From positions 1 through 36,468 of the IMG/VR virus record IMGVR_UViG_3300025875_000068: DNA of 36,468 nt; one strand, 5' to 3'. This document shows, piece after piece, positions 17,901-26,875 of the stretch. The notes under the pieces are model-generated. The model saw only the letters and a list, made by a program, of their open reading frames with translations, did not search any database and was not told the DNA's origin. The DNA is from a virus. Lineage: Duplodnaviria; Caudoviricetes. Each line of letters opens with the position of its first letter. The first letter of the stretch is position 1. Made by a program: the position numbers and the translations under genes.

Positions 17901-19189
17901 GCGAAGCTCGGGCGCATATCGAAACGCAGAAGCAAGAGCTTCGCAACTTCGAGACGCTGAGCTATTACGAGCAACAGATCGGTGAGCTTGAGCAGCAGCG
18001 CGACGAGCGGCTGAAGTCGATTGCGGATAATGTGCGGCTCGGCATCATCAAGCCGGAAGACGGTCTCACGCAGTCGAACGCCGTGATCTCGGACATGGCC
18101 GGCCAGATCAATGCGATGGCCGCCGCTGGCCTGGCGTTCGCGGAAGGGATCAAAGGGGCCAAGCCTGATCCGCAGCTTCTTGCGTTGATCGAGAAATTCC
18201 GCACGGCCGGTTCCACGAACGCCAACGGCAACGTGTCGCAGCGGCAGGACAACAGCCAAGCCCTCATCGAAGGGCAGATGCGCGATCTCAACGACCTGAT
18301 TCAGCACCGCACGGCGCTGATCGAGCATGAGAACGCGCTTGTGGACGCGGGACTTCAGACGCGCAACGACGCTGAGCGGAAGATCGCCGGCCACTACGCG
18401 ACGACGAGCGGGCTGATCCAGCAGCAGATCAATCAGATCAGGGCGCTTCGTGCGGCCTACGGATCGAATCTGACGCCGGAGATGCAGCGCTACTTCGATC
18501 AGCTTGAGATCAATCTTCAGCAAGCCGCGCTTGAAACGCAGTATGTCGATAGCCGATTCCAAGAGATGAAGAACGGCTTCAACCAAGTTATCTCGTCGGG
18601 AATTGTCGGCTTCATCGACCAAGTGGCGCAGAGCTTCGCCAATCTCGCGACTCAGCAGACCGGCGTGCTCGGCTTCTTGGGCGAGATCGGTCGTGCCTTC
18701 TTGGGAATGATCGCCCAAATGCTTCAGGGCATCGCCATGCTCATCATTCAGGCGCTTGTGCTTGACGCCGTGGACAAGCTGACGGGTGGCTTGGTGAAGC
18801 CGCTCTTGAAGCTCTACACCGGCAGCGGCGTCTTCCATGAGGGCGGTGTTGCCGGGAACAACGGATCGAGTAGCCGGAAGCGCCAAGTTTCCCCTCTCGC
18901 CTTCGCCAATGCCCCGCGCTATCACACGGGCGGGATTGCAGGACTGCGGCCAAATGAGATGACCGCGATCTTGGAGAAGGGGGAAGAAGTGCTGACTGAG
19001 GATGATCCGCGTCATCGGACCAACGGCGGCCTTGCGCCGTCCGCTCCGGCTGCGGGTGGTTTGCGCCAAATCCTCGCCATCGGTGATGACGAGATCGCGG
19101 GCGCAATGGCCGGCGCGGCCGGCGAGAGCGTGACGATCACGCATATCCGCCGCAACATTCCCACGCTCAAGCAGATGCTCAATCAGTGA
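14978..19189 (+). CDS. Tail tape measure protein
   Basis: 1403 aa Ala/Gln-rich helical protein; lambda TMP-like LGYQINDIVVSLASGQNPLMVFAQQGAQI; C-terminal FHEGG/YHTGG...GEEVL. Confidence 0.95.
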   Translation: MAGLRKDVELIFRGEDRASPTIKKVRQNVNDLGDAIQQQVAAAERGEGSIEELAKAHRQLGESMVDVREIAKIASAYDSLTRKLDEQAAKTEEARQKEAKLTAEIAAAEKPTKRLQNARDAAARSLQANAAKEEAMRREVAELGAALDAAGGDSKSFAATQDAVRQAAVETARALRDATAAMDEFKAKQNQAAANKAAAADADKFNAMAAGSGLPKEQIAFISQLENRMQALTAAIREQKAAQDALNAAQADRAAALAATDAALLKQRLDEAAQAALRLEAAAKFRNIAAEIEAGARDIQRFGTATDSTAVSVQRLGDAVQAILNPTQAAASNLQSVNSILDQAESSLEGNKRRLSEYNAELNNLQAASAGLTGIAGSIDNFRRQEAAVNAARSEMEIARGEVLKLSGAIQTADAPTKEMVADLQRAEAGFERAGAAMQKEVNKLAELERGLESAGVDVRNLDKAQETLIASSNRLAAAQAKITNATKGKGSFLGLNPNEMTNLGYQINDIVVSLASGQNPLMVFAQQGAQIGQIIPGAFSAIASKIPQLAALAAVVLTVAGAMKKADDEARRLAQGVSIVGQVGDGGTGVSAQGFADLAAQMENAGVKAEDVREKLVQLSADGLNTAQMEQYIETAKTAAEATGVDFADALETVRGSFQGGMEDIIALDDAQNIYNDTQLDTIQSLFDQGKADEARTMALTIYQQKMNDVAAQQQGGWKTATDQLSQAWSNFLGWLSNTAPITYVRQKLAELATGAAFVATLLNQIASGKGIDIDAAGKTAMGITMPKAAKGAAADPGRTTNAGRRMLAEDREALAIAKARTPAEKAAAQAIANRRKYAQEAANAGLSSAEAQRHVEARLAADRATFDGQQAKRDARAGKSAASKQAAAERRRAAAARAAANRAKAEQNRIENQEEGLQRQIESLDASVARKSTQGLDERLTAIDSKFAKLFRGIDEYAAATGGKGKIGGRTIGEARAHIETQKQELRNFETLSYYEQQIGELEQQRDERLKSIADNVRLGIIKPEDGLTQSNAVISDMAGQINAMAAAGLAFAEGIKGAKPDPQLLALIEKFRTAGSTNANGNVSQRQDNSQALIEGQMRDLNDLIQHRTALIEHENALVDAGLQTRNDAERKIAGHYATTSGLIQQQINQIRALRAAYGSNLTPEMQRYFDQLEINLQQAALETQYVDSRFQEMKNGFNQVISSGIVGFIDQVAQSFANLATQQTGVLGFLGEIGRAFLGMIAQMLQGIAMLIIQALVLDAVDKLTGGLVKPLLKLYTGSGVFHEGGVAGNNGSSSRKRQVSPLAFANAPRYHTGGIAGLRPNEMTAILEKGEEVLTEDDPRHRTNGGLAPSAPAAGGLRQILAIGDDEIAGAMAGAAGESVTITHIRRNIPTLKQMLNQ

Positions 19190-20928
19190 CGGCCGACAAC
19201 GCCCTTCCTGTTTGGACGATCCGCCCGAATTGGGCGAGCGGCATCGTCGAGCGCCTGTCGTGGCTGACGGACGTGATTCCGTCCACCTACGGCACGGAGC
19301 AGACGCGAGCGCTGCGCCTGTCGCCGCGCCGCGAATTCGAGATGAGCTTCTTGGTTATGGACGCGGCCCGAAGTTACTTCGAGTTGTTCCTGCATCGGCT
19401 CGGCTGGACGGAATTCATGGTGCCGCTGTTCCACGACAAGGGCAAGGTGACGGCCGCGCTCGCGCCTGGTGCCGCCGTGATCCCGGTCAACACTCTGTTC
19501 CGTGAATTCACCGTGGGCGGCATGGCGGTCCTGATCGGCGACGATCCTTTCACTTTCGACAAGGTGGAGATCATCGGCAAGTCGCCTAATGATATCACCG
19601 TCAAGCCTGGCGGGATCACGCGAGCCTGGGAGAAAGGCTGCGCCATCCACCCGTTGCGGCGCACTCGGATCGAGCAGGAGAGCGCGGTGGCGGCCCTGTC
19701 GAATCGAGTGGGCGAAGCCACGCTGCGGTTCCAACTGAATCAGGCCAACGATATCGAGGACGAAGGCGCCTGGGGGCCGCTGTATCGCGGCTATCCGGTG
19801 CTCGCAACGCCGCCGAACCGGCGCGAGGCCATTGATCTCAGCTTCTTGCGGAATTCGATGGTGCTCGACAACGACCACGGCCTCACCGTGCTCGGGGACG
19901 ACGCGCAGCGGGCCTTCACGGTGCAGGTTCACAACAAGATGCTGCGGGGCCGCGCCGAGCAATTCGCCTTCAGGCAATTCCTATATCGGCTGCGCGGCCA
20001 GCAGGGCGCCATTTGGCTGCCGACCTTCAACCGCGACTTCCGCATCTCCCGCGCTAAGCTGGCCGGCACCGCGCAGATCGACATTGACAAGATCGGCTAC
20101 GCCTACACGGGCGGGGCGGTGAGCGGGCGCACGCATGTCTTCCTCCCAGGTGGGGCCACAGGCGCGATCTCAGGCACCGTGGCGGCTCCTAGCAGCCGGG
20201 AAGAGCGCCTGGTGCTCACGGCGCCCCTGGCGGCATCCCTGGCGGCCGGCAGCTACGGCAGCTTCATGGAGCCGTGTCGCCTGGCGTCGGACGATATTGA
20301 GATCACGCATCACACGGACACGGACGGCACCGCTGAGTGCAATCTGTCGTTCCGCGCCTTCCGCGATGAGCGCACGACTGCCGGCGCTATCGACATGCCG
20401 ATTCCGGCTGCCGTGAAGTCACCGCAGCGCTGCGGTGCGCCGGCTCCGGAAGAGGCCGGATGCGTTGACGAAGACACGACCGGCTGGTGGCTGAAAGTCC
20501 GCATGACGTGGGGATGGGTTAGCCCAAATACGGGGCTAGTCACTAAGAAGCCGAAAGTGGATATCTCGCCAGGCGTCGCGCTTGATACCAATGGCGATGG
20601 TTTCGAGGATACGGGTGGGCCGTCAAGCTATACGTCAGTCCGCGTGCAGGAAGGTGAATTCTTGCGGACTAGCTCAACGGAGTGGACTTGGAGCCGCACG
20701 CAATATCCCGTGGATTTTACCCGTCATCACCCGATTCAGGCGCGTTTCCAGATTCAGATTCCGATTGACTTCGGCGTAGGCGAACAGCCGCGAGCCGCTT
20801 ATGTGGAAGCGCGGCGCTATGATGAGCCGTGGCATCCTGTAGCCGGCACCGATGGGTTCTTTGGCGGCGATAGGTCTGTGCTCGGCCAAGGTGGCATCTT
20901 TCCCTTCGACTTCCTATTCGCGATCTGA
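19186..20928 (+). CDS. Distal tail/baseplate-type structural protein with C-terminal accessory region
   Basis: PNW...ERLSWLTDV...EQ-x-RALR-x-x-PRR N-terminus; follows tape measure gene with GTGA overlap. Confidence 0.7.
   Translation: MTADNALPVWTIRPNWASGIVERLSWLTDVIPSTYGTEQTRALRLSPRREFEMSFLVMDAARSYFELFLHRLGWTEFMVPLFHDKGKVTAALAPGAAVIPVNTLFREFTVGGMAVLIGDDPFTFDKVEIIGKSPNDITVKPGGITRAWEKGCAIHPLRRTRIEQESAVAALSNRVGEATLRFQLNQANDIEDEGAWGPLYRGYPVLATPPNRREAIDLSFLRNSMVLDNDHGLTVLGDDAQRAFTVQVHNKMLRGRAEQFAFRQFLYRLRGQQGAIWLPTFNRDFRISRAKLAGTAQIDIDKIGYAYTGGAVSGRTHVFLPGGATGAISGTVAAPSSREERLVLTAPLAASLAAGSYGSFMEPCRLASDDIEITHHTDTDGTAECNLSFRAFRDERTTAGAIDMPIPAAVKSPQRCGAPAPEEAGCVDEDTTGWWLKVRMTWGWVSPNTGLVTKKPKVDISPGVALDTNGDGFEDTGGPSSYTSVRVQEGEFLRTSSTEWTWSRTQYPVDFTRHHPIQARFQIQIPIDFGVGEQPRAAYVEARRYDEPWHPVAGTDGFFGGDRSVLGQGGIFPFDFLFAI
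19370..19380. repeat. Dispersed palindrome GAAGTNACTTC, copy 7
   Basis: GAAGTTACTTC (RSYF frame). Confidence 0.9.
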
Positions 20929-20937
20929 GGCTCGGCG

Positions 20938-21783
20938 ATGGCGTTCAATATCTTTGAGATCGGGAGCAGGAGCGGCCGGCCGGTCTGCCTCTACGACTTC
21001 ACTTGGGGCAATACCAAGTGGCGCTATACAAGCGCGGATCGCGACGTGACTTGGGGCGCCGAGCTAATTGACGGTGAGCTAAAACCGATCACTTGGAAGA
21101 AGCTCGCGATCTCGGACGATGGATTCAGCCAGGGTAGCCAGGCACAGGAATTCACCGTCACCATGCCGCGAGCGACGCCCCTGGCCGATCTCTTCCTGAG
21201 CACGCCGCCGAGCTTGCCGGTTTCGCTGATCTGCCGACGCTTCCACTTCGACGATCCGGATCAGGACGCGAAGGTCTATTGGTCCGGCACCGTGGGCAAC
21301 GTGCGGGGCAAGGATCAGATCACCGTCGAAGTGCTCGGCACCGCGATCTCCGCGACAATGAAGCGCACGGGCCTACGGCTCTGTTGGGAGCGCAACTGCC
21401 CGCACGTCCTTTACGATGAGAATTGCCGCGCAGATAAGGACGCTCACAAGGTTGAAACCACGATCACCGCACTCACCGGAACGTCGATCACGGTGGCGAG
21501 CCTGGGCGCGTTTGCATCGGCTGACTTCAGGGGCGGCTTCGTCGAGTGGGCGGCTAACGCGGACGGCACGATTGAGCGACGAGGGATCGAAACGACCAAC
21601 GGCAATGTCTTCGCGCTCTTCGGCACGACCGTTCGCATGACACAAGGCATGGCGGTGACGATCTATAAGGGCTGTGATCTCACGCCAGGCACATGCTTCA
21701 ACCGTTTCAACAATCTCCCCAATCACGGTGGCATCCCGTTCCTTGCGGGCGAGTCGCCGTTCGACGGCAACCCGGTTTTCTAG
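20938..21783 (+). CDS. Tail hub protein, DUF2163/BR0599 family
   Basis: WRYTSAD, CPHVLYD-x-x-C, GCD...C-x-x-RFNN-x-x-NHGG-x-PF cysteine pattern. Confidence 0.88.
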   Translation: MAFNIFEIGSRSGRPVCLYDFTWGNTKWRYTSADRDVTWGAELIDGELKPITWKKLAISDDGFSQGSQAQEFTVTMPRATPLADLFLSTPPSLPVSLICRRFHFDDPDQDAKVYWSGTVGNVRGKDQITVEVLGTAISATMKRTGLRLCWERNCPHVLYDENCRADKDAHKVETTITALTGTSITVASLGAFASADFRGGFVEWAANADGTIERRGIETTNGNVFALFGTTVRMTQGMAVTIYKGCDLTPGTCFNRFNNLPNHGGIPFLAGESPFDGNPVF

Positions 21784-21795
21784 GGAGCGCTCGAC

Positions 21796-22032
21796 ATGCC
21801 TTGGCTCCTGATCGCCGCCGTGGCGATGCTGATTATCAGCTACATCATCACGGCCTTTATGACGAAGCGGCCGGCGCAGAAGCCGGCAGCACTCGAAGAG
21901 TGGGAATTCCCGCAGAAGGAAGAAGGCACACCGGAGTATTACGTCTTCGGCGACGGCTGGCTCGAAGGCCCGATGGTGCTGTGGTTCGGCAACTATCGGA
22001 CGATTAAAATCAAGAGCAAGGGCAAGAAGTGA
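21796..22032 (+). CDS. Small tail assembly protein
   Basis: Hydrophobic N-terminus, FP-x-x-EEG-x-P...FG...WFG pattern, basic KSKGKK end. Confidence 0.75.
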   Translation: MPWLLIAAVAMLIISYIITAFMTKRPAQKPAALEEWEFPQKEEGTPEYYVFGDGWLEGPMVLWFGNYRTIKIKSKGKK

Positions 22033-22247
22033 CGGAAGTAACTTCCGAGCTTCGCGTTCACATGCGTCATGTCCGAGCTGCTGGCATCTGCTCGAAGGGG
22101 TCACGCGCCTTCTTCGCAAAGAACGATCTCGATTGGCCCGACTTCCTTGCCAATGGTATCCCCGTGGCGATATTAGAGGATATCGGCGATCCGGTTGCGC
22201 TTCGCGCTGCGGACCAAGCGAGGGCGGAAGCAGACAATGGGCGGTAA
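22029..22247 (+). CDS. Small tail-region protein
   Basis: C-x-x-G-x-R-x-FF...LDW-x-DFL-x-NGI pattern seen in Chi-like tail modules. Confidence 0.75.
   Translation: MTEVTSELRVHMRHVRAAGICSKGSRAFFAKNDLDWPDFLANGIPVAILEDIGDPVALRAADQARAEADNGR
22035..22045. repeat. Dispersed palindrome GAAGTNACTTC, copy 8
   Basis: CGGAAGTAACTTCCG, 15-bp extended symmetry, just inside a gene start. Confidence 0.9.
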
Positions 22248-24519
22248 GAAGCAGACCATCGGATATCACTATCTGTTCGATATCCTATTCGGCCTGTCGC
22301 GTGGCCCGTTGAATGAGCTTCGCCAGATCAAGGTCGCCGACAAGGTGGCTTATGACGGCCCGCTCTGCAACTCGGACGTGAACGCGATTTACAAGCCCGA
22401 TCTGTTCGGCGGCGACAAGAAGGAAGGCGGCATCCAGGGGCCGTTCCGCGTGCTGTTCGGCAAGGCCGATCAAGTGCTGCCTGGCGACGGCTCCACCAAC
22501 TGCGGCTCGAAGGGACCATACGGCGGCAACCGCGTGCTGAAGGGGCTGCGTTCGCTTATCCCTGGTCCGTTCGGCGATCTGCGCGGCGTCACGACGCTCC
22601 ACTTCTCCGGCCTGATCTCTTCGATGAATCCATATCCGAAGGAGTGGAGCTTCCGCGTTCGGCGGCAAACGAAGGGCTGGCATCTCAACCAATGCTGGTA
22701 TCTTGAGAAGGCGGTGATCTTCATGGCGGATGGCAAAGTCCATGCCATGAATCCCGCGCATATCATCTATCAGCTTCTCACCGATCCCTTGTTCCGGGGC
22801 CTGCCGGTCAACCTGATCGACGAGCCTTCCTTCGTCTATGCAGCCAACACACTCTGCGCTGAAGGCTTCGGGCTGTGCTTCGTGTGGCAGCGTCAGGAAG
22901 AGATCGACCAATTCCTTCAGATCGTTCTCGATCACATTGGCGCGGCGCTCTACCCTGATCCCGAAACCGGCCGGATGGTGCTACGGTTGTTGCGCGGCGA
23001 CTATGTGGCGGCCGATCTACCGCTCTATACCAAGACGAGCGGCCTGGTTGAGATCAAGCAGGATGATTCTGCGAGCCAAGACGGCGTTTATAGTGAAGTC
23101 GTCGGCAAGGGCAAAGACCCTATCGAAAACAAGGATATCTCAGTCCGCGTTCACAACCTTGCGGCCCGCATGTCGCAAGGAGCCACCAACACTTCGACAA
23201 AGGACTACAGCGGCATCCCGACACGCGATCTCCTGGCGCGAGTGTGCCAGCGCGATCTCCGCATGTATGCGGCCGGCCTGAAGAAGTTTGAAGTCGTCTT
23301 GGATCGGCGCGGCTGGAAGCTGCGTCCCGGCATGTGCTTCCGCGTGCAGGATGACCGCCGTGGCTTCGGGATGCTGGTATTGCGCGTCGGCGAGATCATG
23401 GATCAGAGCTTCCGTGACGGCAAGATTACGATCAAGTGCGCTCAGGACGTTTTCGGCCTGCCCGATACGAGCTTTGTGGCGATCACGGAGCCGACATGGG
23501 AAGCCCCGCCGCAGTCTGCGGTGCCGGCCACGGAGTCGCGCCTGGTGGAAGCCAACTATCGTGATATCGTGCTGCGCCGAGATGAGAGCGCTGCACAGAC
23601 GCTCGACGGCACGGACGCGGTTATCGGGATGCTCGCGCTCTCCCCGCATCCAGCGATGTATGAGTATGTGCTGGCGTCTCGGGCGCTCGGCGAGGACGAA
23701 TTCGACGAAGACATGCGCGGCGGCTTCACCGGAGCGGCGACGCTGGTGGACGCGATTACGGTCTATCAGACAACGTTCGCGATCACGGGCGAGACTGACT
23801 TTGCCGAGAGCTTGGAAGGCCAAGCGATCCTGATCGACGATGAGCAGATGGAGCTTGTCAACTATGACCCGACGACTCACATGGTCACAGTTACTCGCGG
23901 CGTGGCCGACACGATCCCGCAGGCTCATGCTGCTGCCGCGACGCTGTGGACGATTGACGACGATCTCGTAAGCGACGGTCGCACCTATGCAGCCGGCGAG
24001 ACAGTGGAAGCCTACGCGCTCACCGCCACCTACAGCGACGTGCTGGCAATCGAAGCTGGCACGAAGAAGACGTTGGTGCTCGGCGGCCGGCAGGGCAGAC
24101 CCTATCCGCCTGGCGACGTGCGCGTGGGCGGTGATCCGGCGCTCGCGCTGACTCCGTTCAAGGAATACACCGCGCCGCTCATCGCCTGGGCGCACCGCGA
24201 CCGCATCCTTCAAGCGGATCAGCTTGTCGGCCACGCGGCCGGCAGCACCGGGCTTGAGCCTGGCGCGAGCTACACGATCCGCATCTATCCGTTCGCGACG
24301 CCGGACGTGGCCGTGCGGACGGTGCCGGGGATCATGGACGCGAGTTGGACCTACGACAACGACATGTGGACGGCTGACGGCAGCCCTTCACGGGTCTATA
24401 TCGAGCTTGAGACGGTGCGGGACGGTCTGGCTTCCTATCAGAAGTATCGCTTCCCTGTCGTTATCGCTATCGGTTATGGCACAGGCTACGGTATGAATTA
24501 CGGCGGTAAGACGGTCTAG
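22237..24519 (+). CDS. Tail tip / central tail protein (phage-tail_3 / host-specificity J-like)
   Basis: MGGKKQTIGYHY, LFGGDKKEGG, NPYPK-x-W, MNPAHII, RGVADTIP-x-x-H, RPYPP motifs. Confidence 0.88.
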   Translation: MGGKKQTIGYHYLFDILFGLSRGPLNELRQIKVADKVAYDGPLCNSDVNAIYKPDLFGGDKKEGGIQGPFRVLFGKADQVLPGDGSTNCGSKGPYGGNRVLKGLRSLIPGPFGDLRGVTTLHFSGLISSMNPYPKEWSFRVRRQTKGWHLNQCWYLEKAVIFMADGKVHAMNPAHIIYQLLTDPLFRGLPVNLIDEPSFVYAANTLCAEGFGLCFVWQRQEEIDQFLQIVLDHIGAALYPDPETGRMVLRLLRGDYVAADLPLYTKTSGLVEIKQDDSASQDGVYSEVVGKGKDPIENKDISVRVHNLAARMSQGATNTSTKDYSGIPTRDLLARVCQRDLRMYAAGLKKFEVVLDRRGWKLRPGMCFRVQDDRRGFGMLVLRVGEIMDQSFRDGKITIKCAQDVFGLPDTSFVAITEPTWEAPPQSAVPATESRLVEANYRDIVLRRDESAAQTLDGTDAVIGMLALSPHPAMYEYVLASRALGEDEFDEDMRGGFTGAATLVDAITVYQTTFAITGETDFAESLEGQAILIDDEQMELVNYDPTTHMVTVTRGVADTIPQAHAAAATLWTIDDDLVSDGRTYAAGETVEAYALTATYSDVLAIEAGTKKTLVLGGRQGRPYPPGDVRVGGDPALALTPFKEYTAPLIAWAHRDRILQADQLVGHAAGSTGLEPGASYTIRIYPFATPDVAVRTVPGIMDASWTYDNDMWTADGSPSRVYIELETVRDGLASYQKYRFPVVIAIGYGTGYGMNYGGKTV

Positions 24520-24523
24520 GCCG

Positions 24524-24534
24524 GAAGTAACTTC
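24524..24534. repeat. Dispersed palindrome GAAGTNACTTC, copy 9 (intergenic)
   Basis: GAAGTAACTTC 4 nt after the tail tip gene stop codon. Confidence 0.9.
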
Positions 24535-24549
24535 GAGCGGAGAATCGAG

Positions 24550-25296
24550 ATGGGATCGCGGACACTTGCTGGCGGGCTTGCGCTGAAGGGCGATTGGACC
24601 TTCGGCGAGGATCATTGGGATGACGAGATGGACGCGAATCTGCTGCGCCTTTCTGTGCTCTGCCAAGGGCGCGTCGTCGATATCGTGTCAGTTACGCCTG
24701 GCGCTCCGGCTGAAGGGGCGGTGTATCTGTTCGCGTCGGATCACCCGACACAGCCGAACAAGGTCGCAGCCCGCGACAACGGCGCCTGGGTCTATTTCAC
24801 GCCGTTACAGGGGTGGCGATTCTACAATGTCGCTTTGGGCGCGTCCATGTCGTTCTCAGGGGCCGCCTGGGTGACGGATGGCGCTTCCGCTAACGCTGCC
24901 ACGGTCGCGCAAGCGTGGGCTGGCACGAACAACGGCGCCTTCATGACTCCGAAGACGATCTTCGACATGGCGGCTCCGGTGGCTCTACCGGCTGCGGCGG
25001 CAAATGTTATCACGCCCGACTTCGGCGCGGGGATCAATTTCTATGGCGTGCTCGTGAACAACGTCACACTCGCCAATCCGACCAATGCGAAACCAGGGCA
25101 GAGCGGCAAGATCAAGCTGACGCAGGACGCGACCGGCAGCCGCACCCTGGCCTACGGCAACAAGTGGCGGTTCCCTGGCGGGGCTGCAACAGGCGGTGTC
25201 TTGTCCACGGCTGGCAATTCGGTCGATCATCTCACCTACTTCGTCGAAGAGGACGGCACGATCACCGCCGCCGTCATCAAGGCGCTTGCGGCATGA
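24550..25296 (+). CDS. DUF2793-domain tail fibre/adaptor protein
   Basis: W-x-x-GE-x-x-W...MDANL-x-x-L and GAWVYFTP-x-x-GW; C-terminal LANPTN-x-x-PGQSG-x-I-x-x-TQD-x-TGSRT fibre-type domain. Confidence 0.8.
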   Translation: MGSRTLAGGLALKGDWTFGEDHWDDEMDANLLRLSVLCQGRVVDIVSVTPGAPAEGAVYLFASDHPTQPNKVAARDNGAWVYFTPLQGWRFYNVALGASMSFSGAAWVTDGASANAATVAQAWAGTNNGAFMTPKTIFDMAAPVALPAAAANVITPDFGAGINFYGVLVNNVTLANPTNAKPGQSGKIKLTQDATGSRTLAYGNKWRFPGGAATGGVLSTAGNSVDHLTYFVEEDGTITAAVIKALAA

Positions 25297-26237
25297 TGCC
25301 GTTTCGAGCGGCGCTGCTTGCGTCTTCCGCCCTCAAGCCGGTCGGCGGTGGTAGCACCCCTGGCGGCGGCGTTGATGGCACCCCGCCGTCTTCGACAAGG
25401 TGGCGGATCAACTTCACGTCGCGGCAAGTGGCTACAAATTGGTTCACGCTTACCGAGATCGAGATGCTTGATACGGCGGGCGGAACCGATCAATGCACGA
25501 GCGGCACGCCAAGCTCGTCCTACAGCTATAATTCGGCGGCTCTTCTCTTCGATGATAATCGCGGGACTCAATGGCAAAGCGGGACGAACGCTTTGGGTTG
25601 GGTGCAGTATGAATTCACGGCGCCCAAGACGATTCAGGCGGTTTCCATCGCGATTGGCTCCACGCCTGGTGACGCGCCTACGGCGTTTGACGTGCAATAC
25701 TGGAATACAACGACGAACGCTTGGGTCACTTATTGGTCCGAGCAGTCGCAATGGAACACATGGCCCACTGGCAGCGAGAAGCGAGTCTATGCCAAGCCCT
25801 TGAACGCGGGAGTGGGAGCACTGAAATGGCGGCTCAATATCTCTGCGACCGGCTCGCCTACGGCGTGGCCTACGCTCCGTGAGATTGAGTGGCGCGTCGC
25901 CGCCGGTGGATCGGATCAGACGGTGCCGGACAACACCGCTCCGTTCGGTAATGCATTCTCGGACGGCTATCAGCTTTCCCCGTCAAACTCGGTCAACAAC
26001 AATTTGGGCGACTATTGGCAGGCACCAGGCGTCCCACCGCGCAAACTCGGTTATCGGTTCACGACCAAGAAGGCGATTGCCGAGATCGCGATCACGGCCG
26101 CGCCAACGGTCACAGACACGCCTACCGCATTCACCGTCGAGTGGTTCGATGAAGTGAACCTAGTTTGGGTGGCGCAGAAGACCGTCTCGGGATTGACGTG
26201 GGCGGTGAACGAAACAAAGGTGATCGCGGCTGTATAG
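25293..26237 (+). CDS. Probable receptor-binding protein with two tandem galactose-binding (discoidin/F5-8 type C)-like domains
   Basis: ATGA overlap start at 25293; two ~140 aa internal repeats (WR-h-N...L-x-EIE...GGxDQ...WQ...Y-x-FT...I...PTAF-x-V). Confidence 0.7.
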   Translation: MMPFRAALLASSALKPVGGGSTPGGGVDGTPPSSTRWRINFTSRQVATNWFTLTEIEMLDTAGGTDQCTSGTPSSSYSYNSAALLFDDNRGTQWQSGTNALGWVQYEFTAPKTIQAVSIAIGSTPGDAPTAFDVQYWNTTTNAWVTYWSEQSQWNTWPTGSEKRVYAKPLNAGVGALKWRLNISATGSPTAWPTLREIEWRVAAGGSDQTVPDNTAPFGNAFSDGYQLSPSNSVNNNLGDYWQAPGVPPRKLGYRFTTKKAIAEIAITAAPTVTDTPTAFTVEWFDEVNLVWVAQKTVSGLTWAVNETKVIAAV

Positions 26238-26238
26238 C

Positions 26239-26249
26239 GAAGTAACTTC
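26239..26249. repeat. Dispersed palindrome GAAGTNACTTC, copy 10 (intergenic)
   Basis: GAAGTAACTTC 1 nt after a stop codon, upstream of the putative lysis promoter. Confidence 0.9.
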
Positions 26250-26308
26250 CGAGAGGGCCGCGCAACGCTTACGGATCGTTAAGGTTCCGTAACAGTCTTC
26301 ACGATTGC

Positions 26309-26337
26309 TAGACAATTCATTTTGCGGCGAGTAGAGC
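26309..26337 (+). promoter_or_regulatory. Putative sigma70-type promoter for the lysis cassette
   Basis: TAGACA-N17-TAGAGC in an AT-richer intergenic stretch. Confidence 0.4.
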
Positions 26338-26404
26338 AGCTAGGCCGGGGCATTAAGGGTTGAGGGCGGGACCTTTGGACGACCAAATTCAGGACCGCGT
26401 AACC

Positions 26405-26875
26405 ATGATGCTCGTCAAGCTGTCGAAGACATTCCCCGTCCGCGTTACCGATTGGCTAGTCGCGTGCATCATGTTTTCGTGGTCGCTTGTCTGCTGGCGT
26501 TTAACGGAAGAAGCCTGGACATTGCCGACAATGGCCGGCCTGGCCCGCATCTTCGATCAAAACACTTGGGCCTTTCTTGCGTTCTGGATCGCGGTGACAC
26601 GGCTTTCCGCGCTGGCGATCAATGGCGCTTGGCGTCCGTCGCCGCATCTGCGGGCAGGCTGCGCGTTCCTGTCCTGCTTCTTGTGGCTTCAGATCAGTAT
26701 CGGTATGCTTTCAGCCGATGTTACTTCGCTCGGGGCCGCCGTTTATCCTTGGTTACTCGTAGCAGATATTTACAATGTGTTCCGCGCATCGCATGACGCT
26801 CGCCTGTCCGACGAGCGGGCGAGAGTGGCGTTAAAGGCGGGGAACCAGGGAAGTGACACAGCCGCCGCACATTGA
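26405..26875 (+). CDS. Multi-pass membrane protein (about 4 TM), first gene of lysis region
   Basis: Several hydrophobic segments; INGAW-x-x-SPHLR motif. Confidence 0.7.
   Translation: MMLVKLSKTFPVRVTDWLVACIMFSWSLVCWRLTEEAWTLPTMAGLARIFDQNTWAFLAFWIAVTRLSALAINGAWRPSPHLRAGCAFLSCFLWLQISIGMLSADVTSLGAAVYPWLLVADIYNVFRASHDARLSDERARVALKAGNQGSDTAAAH

Noticed and set aside
24915-25292. Upstream extension of the discoidin-repeat ORF, possible frameshift fusion with the DUF2793 gene
   Set aside because: The extension is Arg-rich nonsense overlapping a real gene; an ATGA coupled start at 25293 explains the ORF and no slippery heptamer was evident.
26269-26293. Possible CtrA box (TTAA-N7-TTAA) upstream of lysis genes
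   Set aside because: Half-sites are imperfect and spaced by 6 rather than 7 nt; kept only as a generic inverted repeat.
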